From assembly GCA_041583775.1 (NCBI GenBank), contig JBFHFF010000008.1, positions 1 through 60,969 of the forward strand: a stretch of DNA of 60,969 bases, read 5' to 3'. Positions 56,714 to 60,969 of this stretch are shown here, in pieces. Position 1 is the stretch's first letter. Each line of letters opens with the position of its first letter. Made by a program: the position numbers and the translations under genes. Source of the stretch: Candidatus Moraniibacteriota bacterium (GTDB taxonomy: Bacteria; Patescibacteriota; Minisyncoccia; Moranbacterales; DUUL01). Below the pieces are notes generated by a model. The model saw only the letters and a program-made list of their open reading frames with translations. It did no database searches and was not told where the DNA came from.

Positions 56714-57841
56714 CTACATTAAATATTTTGGCGCTTTTTCTTTTAAAAACAATTCCTCTATTTGCTTTTCAAAAACATCTCGCCCTCCCAACCCATAAAC
56801 CACGCTTTCAACTTTCCTGCCAACTGCTTGTTCTATTTCACCAGCTAATATTTGCTTGGTTCCAAATGCAAGATTTCTATCCATAACAACAATGTCTTGA
56901 ACACCTCTCAATGCTTTCTTAACACTTTTGTATGGAAAAGGCCTAAAGAGTCTAATTTTTAATAGTCCTACATGTTCGCCTTCATCCCTCAGACGATCAA
57001 CGACTTCCTTAATTGTCCCACAAACGCTTCCAATTGCCACAATCACTTTCTTTGCATCCTTTGTTTTATATTCTTCTATACAATCATACTTTCTATTAGA
57101 AATTTTCTCAAAATCACCTGTGATCTCATCGAACATTTCTGGCACCGCCTCCATTGCATCTTGAACTTGTTTTCTAAATTCAAAATATGAATCCTGTAAG
57201 GCAATTGGCCCAAATGTTTTTGGGTTATCAAAATCAAACAAGCTTTGTTTTGGTTTATATTTACCAACAAAACTTTCGACTTGCTTATCATCTAGTAAAC
57301 TCACATTTTCAACACTATGTGAAACGAAAAATCCATCCATATTTGTTGCAAGCGGCAAGAGAGCTTTTTCGGCTAATCGAATCCCAATTATCATATTGTC
57401 ATATGCCTCCTGCGCGGTTTCAGCAAAAAGTTGAATCCAACCCATATCTCTCATAACCATTGCATCGGAATGGTCACCATGAATATTAATTGGTCCAGAG
57501 ATTGCACGGTTTGAGACAGCCATCACAATTGGCAATCTCATTGAAGATGCAATTGGCAAAACTTCAAACATATACATAATTCCTTGAGAACTTGATGCGG
57601 TCATTGTTCGCGCCCCACAAGCAGAAGCGCCTATGCAAGCACTCATAGCACTATGTTCTGATTCAACAGTCACACTCTCTGTCTTTACCTTCCCATTTGC
57701 TTTTTGTTTTGCAAAATATTCAATTATGGGAGTTTGTGGTGTAATTGGATACATTGCAACAACATCTGGGTTTATTTGTCGCATCGCTTCTCCAACAACA
57801 TAACCACCAGTGAGTGCAATGTTTTTATTTTGTTTATTCAT
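56714..57841 (-). CDS. porA: 2-oxoacid (pyruvate):ferredoxin oxidoreductase alpha subunit
   Basis: MNKQNKNIALTGGYVVGEAMRQINPDVVAMYPITPQT.... The track ORF extends upstream to 57940. Confidence 0.9.
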   Translation of the reverse strand: MNKQNKNIALTGGYVVGEAMRQINPDVVAMYPITPQTPIIEYFAKQKANGKVKTESVTVESEHSAMSACIGASACGARTMTASSSQGIMYMFEVLPIASSMRLPIVMAVSNRAISGPINIHGDHSDAMVMRDMGWIQLFAETAQEAYDNMIIGIRLAEKALLPLATNMDGFFVSHSVENVSLLDDKQVESFVGKYKPKQSLFDFDNPKTFGPIALQDSYFEFRKQVQDAMEAVPEMFDEITGDFEKISNRKYDCIEEYKTKDAKKVIVAIGSVCGTIKEVVDRLRDEGEHVGLLKIRLFRPFPYKSVKKALRGVQDIVVMDRNLAFGTKQILAGEIEQAVGRKVESVVYGLGGRDVFEKQIEELFLKEKAPKYLM

Positions 57842-58026
57842 TTTTTGTATTCTCAATAAGTCAATTAGAGTTTCTACAGAACTTGTTTTCCGCCATTCAA
57901 TCAATCTAAATACCAAAATATTCTCAATCACAAGTTTCAAAGCTTCTTTTATATTAACAAAATCTCAACTTATTAGCAATTGAAATAATCTTCAAATTCA
58001 AATTTTACATCGACTACTGCATTGAA

Positions 58027-58059
58027 ACAAAAAACAACCATTTTCGTGGTTGTTTTTTA
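58027..58059. terminator. Intrinsic terminator after the rubrerythrin-like gene
   Basis: AAAAAACAACCA-TTTTCG-TGGTTGTTTTTT. Confidence 0.75.
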
Positions 58060-58084
58060 CAAATAAATAATAAAAGATTTTAAA

Positions 58085-58606
58085 TTATTTTATATATTCT
58101 TTTATTAAATCAAGGTGCTCTCTTTCTACCAAAGTCAATGCTCCAAAAAATTTCTTAATTGGTGCTTCTATGGCCTCTGAAGCAAATTGAATATAAAGCT
58201 TTGAAGCATTATCCTCAAGCACAATTGTTTCTTTAAAATTTTCTTCTTCATTGTCCAAACAGGTTATAGCTGAAACTTCTGGCCTTTCTATTTTCAAAAG
58301 TTTAGTCACTATTGTGGCATGCTCTAACTCTATTTTTGCCAATCTCTTGTACATCGCCCTAATTTCATAAGTTGTTGCTTTGGTTGCCATACATTGATAA
58401 ATCTCAGTAGCATGAATTTCCAATTCTAATGTTTTCATTAAATTATCACGGCTCTTTTCTCCTATCTCGATAGATTCATTGACGATTGGCTTTGCTGTTT
58501 CACCATCTTTGATAAACTCTCTTTTTGCTCCACAAAAAGGACATTGGGTTGGTTTTTCTTCTCCTACATAAGCATCTCCACAAATCTCGCAAATATATGT
58601 TTTCAT
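58085..58606 (-). CDS. Rubrerythrin-like protein with an N-terminal rubredoxin-type zinc ribbon (reverse-rubrerythrin order)
   Basis: CEICGDAY...CPFCGA, followed by a ferritin-like four-helix region with ExxH pairs (IELEHATIV, LVEREHLDLI). Confidence 0.75.
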   Translation of the reverse strand: MKTYICEICGDAYVGEEKPTQCPFCGAKREFIKDGETAKPIVNESIEIGEKSRDNLMKTLELEIHATEIYQCMATKATTYEIRAMYKRLAKIELEHATIVTKLLKIERPEVSAITCLDNEEENFKETIVLEDNASKLYIQFASEAIEAPIKKFFGALTLVEREHLDLIKEYIK

Positions 58607-58738
58607 ATTTCTTTTATCTTAAAAATTAACTTATCTATAGTTTAGCATATTAGAAAAATAAATTAAATCTATCTTCATTTTTTGATTTTAGAAATTTATA
58701 AACAAGCCCCCAGCAGATATTCCACCAGGGGTTTCAAA

Positions 58739-59818
58739 TTACTCTTCAAAAACTTCTAGGTCACCCGACTGACATTCTTCGACCCAATAATAATTTCCGG
58801 GACCTTGAACATCAACTATTTTTCCACGGCGACCTCTTTTCCATATTACCTTTATTTTCCTCCCCCTACTATCTACACCTTCCAACTCATCGCCGTAGTA
58901 ATTGCATGGCGAGGAACTTTCCAGAGATATCTTTGTGATAACCCTTTTAAAGGGTATCTCACTGTCTTCTATGGAATAGTTTCTTGTAGACAATATTCCA
59001 TAGACTCCTCGCCCATAATTTTTTGGACGAACCAATTCAGACAAAACTTTTTTTGATCCAATTGCGAATTGAAACCTCCTATCTCCGCAAGCGACGAAGT
59101 TGCTATTTTTATTAAGCCACTTTATTCCCTTCTCCTTTTCAAGAGTGGCCTCAACATACTCCCGTTGAGGCGCCGGCAAGATTTTCAATCTATCGTCACT
59201 GGAAAGATGATTGAACCATCTTGCGACTACACTTTGCCATTCCCACCTCGAAGATTCTGATTTTTTTGATTTTAGTACAATCCCTTTTGTATAAGGAACT
59301 TGCACTATCTCAAATTCCTCACCAGAAACCTTCAAGGTCCATGCCTCAAGACCTTGAGTTATTTGAGGAATCATCCATTCCTCAATTTTTCCAGCTTCTT
59401 CATAAAGAAGCATTCCAAATGTAGCACCAACACCTCTTATGTGTTGGCAAACAGCTCTTTCTATCTTTTTGAAATCCACGCCCGGAAATATGTGGATTTC
59501 CTTTATTTCTTTGAAGATTCTGCCGCTACTATCGGCACTTTCTCCAAGAACTACGGCATATCCTACTCCGGATTTGCCAGAAATTTCTATTTCCCAGCCA
59601 TATTCCCAATAATGGCCGCTCCTTTTGAAAGGAGATTTTTCCTCATCCTTTTCGGCATCTGTTATAAGCCAAAAAGCAGTTCCTCCCGGAACATGACAGT
59701 CCAGGTTGGAATTTCTCCCTGAGATTTGGACGATTTCATTTTTTTTGTGGAAATACAAAATTTCCGAAGGAAATCCCAATAATTCCACCATCTTTCTTAT
59801 CTTACTATTTTCAGTCAT
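58739..59818 (-). CDS. Hypothetical protein (no recognised domain)
   Basis: GGAGGAG lies upstream of ATG 59818 (MTENSKIRKM...). The track ORF extends to 59896. Hand-counted lines are visibly more G+C-rich than the neighbours. Adjacent to the IS element. Confidence 0.55.
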   Translation of the reverse strand: MTENSKIRKMVELLGFPSEILYFHKKNEIVQISGRNSNLDCHVPGGTAFWLITDAEKDEEKSPFKRSGHYWEYGWEIEISGKSGVGYAVVLGESADSSGRIFKEIKEIHIFPGVDFKKIERAVCQHIRGVGATFGMLLYEEAGKIEEWMIPQITQGLEAWTLKVSGEEFEIVQVPYTKGIVLKSKKSESSRWEWQSVVARWFNHLSSDDRLKILPAPQREYVEATLEKEKGIKWLNKNSNFVACGDRRFQFAIGSKKVLSELVRPKNYGRGVYGILSTRNYSIEDSEIPFKRVITKISLESSSPCNYYGDELEGVDSRGRKIKVIWKRGRRGKIVDVQGPGNYYWVEECQSGDLEVFEE

Positions 59819-59944
59819 TTCTTCTCCTCCTTTATTAGATGTAATGATCTCATTTTTCGTCAAGAGACAATCCCTTGTTTCCGGTAATGGCAACATGTTG
59901 TATTTTTAAAGTACATTTTTAATTTATAGCATATTTTAATCATC

Positions 59945-60969
59945 TTGTCAATAGTTATAGCATTGCAGCGTCAAGTTTACACTTTTCAATTCATTTAGTT
60001 TTTCAAAAGGTGTCATCCCATCCATCCCTAGACCACGGTGTTTTTTCTGGTAATTGTAGTAATGTAAGAATAAATTAAGCTTATATTGCATTTCATCCAA
60101 AGAATCATCAGGATAAAATCTCCATCGTAGAGCTTTTTGGTTAAGTGTTTTATGAAATCTTTCTATTTTTCCGTTTTCTTCTGGACAATAAGGAGTGTTT
60201 TGTCTGTAACGGATGTTGTTTATTTTGAGGTATTCTTTGACGGTATTAGCAGTAAATTCTGTGCCCTGATCTGTTCTAATTTTCTGGATATTAAAAGGAG
60301 ACCTTTTTAAAACTTTTTCTAAAAAATCTAAAGTGTTTTTTGCATTAGCCGTGTTATAACTCCAAACAAAAACCCATCTAGAAGCGTCATCAATAATAGT
60401 ATAGATAACTTTGCCTGTTTTGTATCCAAAAGGGTATTTAGTGTCCATTTGAAGCTCTTTGCCTGGTATTTTATGAGCGTATAACTGCTTTTTCCAGCAC
60501 TTTTTAGTGTGGGGTTGATACTTTGTGTATCTTATTCCATTCCTTTTTAAAATCCTGTAAATAGTAGTTGGATGTAAAGTGGTGTTATTTTCGCATTGTA
60601 ATCTATCTGCGAGTGTTTCCACTCCATCGAAAATATAATCTTCTGCTAAATTAATAACGAGTTGTTCTAATTCTTCCCCAGTACGATTATGTGCCTTTTT
60701 GGCATAACTTCTCTTTCTTGCGATTAAACCATCTATCCCAAATCTTTTGTAACGGTTTAACCATTTATGAATAGTTTGACGAGTTACATTAAATTCTCTA
60801 GCAATAGCAGTTACTTTTGCTTGCTTTTTAATAATCTGTTTTAGCTTCTTTTCTTGTAGCATAAGGTATTTTACATCATATTTATTCATAGAATTAGAAA
60901 GTTTTTAGTTAACTTTTAATTCTATTTTATTTTATGAAAGTGTAAACTCTTTTGCTGCAATGTTAACAA
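59945..60969 (-). mobile_element. IS481-like insertion sequence reaching the window edge
   Basis: Terminal inverted repeats: left TTGTCAA...CATTGCAGCGTCAAGTTTACACTTT (59945-59987) against the rc of the right end TTGTTAACATTGCAGCAAAAGAGTTTACACTTTC (60937-60969). Both begin with TGT. Confidence 0.75.
59948..60889 (-). CDS. DDE transposase, IS481-family type (HTH + rve integrase core)
   Basis: N-terminal HTH (VTAIAREFNVTRQTIHKWLNRYKRFG). DDE triad context is MDTKY, IRTDQGTEF, CPEENGKIERFHKTL. The stop codon lies inside the terminal inverted repeat. Confidence 0.85.
   Translation of the reverse strand: MNKYDVKYLMLQEKKLKQIIKKQAKVTAIAREFNVTRQTIHKWLNRYKRFGIDGLIARKRSYAKKAHNRTGEELEQLVINLAEDYIFDGVETLADRLQCENNTTLHPTTIYRILKRNGIRYTKYQPHTKKCWKKQLYAHKIPGKELQMDTKYPFGYKTGKVIYTIIDDASRWVFVWSYNTANAKNTLDFLEKVLKRSPFNIQKIRTDQGTEFTANTVKEYLKINNIRYRQNTPYCPEENGKIERFHKTLNQKALRWRFYPDDSLDEMQYKLNLFLHYYNYQKKHRGLGMDGMTPFEKLNELKSVNLTLQCYNY

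Overview
AT-rich bacterial fragment, roughly one-third G+C by eye, using the standard genetic code. The gene content resembles a small-genome, CPR/Patescibacteria-like organism: a DUF4012 giant protein, DUF3467, a compact HrcA, many orphan genes and strong GGAGG-type RBSs. That placement is my inference; no search was run. Nearly all genes are on the minus strand. Order from left to right: a 3'-truncated 7TM-GAF histidine kinase; a Rossmann oxidoreductase plus a PlsC-type acyltransferase; glyQS behind a T-box leader; a membrane O-acyltransferase. Next is a ~22-kb cell-envelope glycan locus (6.5-28.7 kb) with DUF4012, Wzz-like, Wzx-like, GT4 x3, GT2 x2 and GT8 genes, TagD plus a CDP-alcohol phosphatidyltransferase, and two GT-C-like polytopic proteins, one carrying tandem CBM-like domains. 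An orphan-gene islet at 12.9-16.0 kb interrupts this locus. A gene-poor accessory stretch (28.7-34.8 kb) follows, with a three-copy promoter-hairpin-terminator unit (candidate sRNA family), two paralogous small anchored proteins, a small unlisted ORF and GIY-YIG remnants. After that come a complete F1Fo ATP synthase operon, murG, an hrcA/CIRCE-(Nudix-GrpE fusion)-hsp20-dnaK heat-shock locus, a large PP2C-like membrane protein, rmuC, porAB, a rubrerythrin-like gene, an orphan gene and an IS481-type element at the window edge. The most interesting items are the duplicated sRNA/small-protein cassette, the Nudix-GrpE fusion, the orphan islet inside the glycan locus and the minimal glyQS T-box. All calls rest on reading the sequence and remembered family motifs. 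Hand-counted motif coordinates may be off by 1-2 nt.
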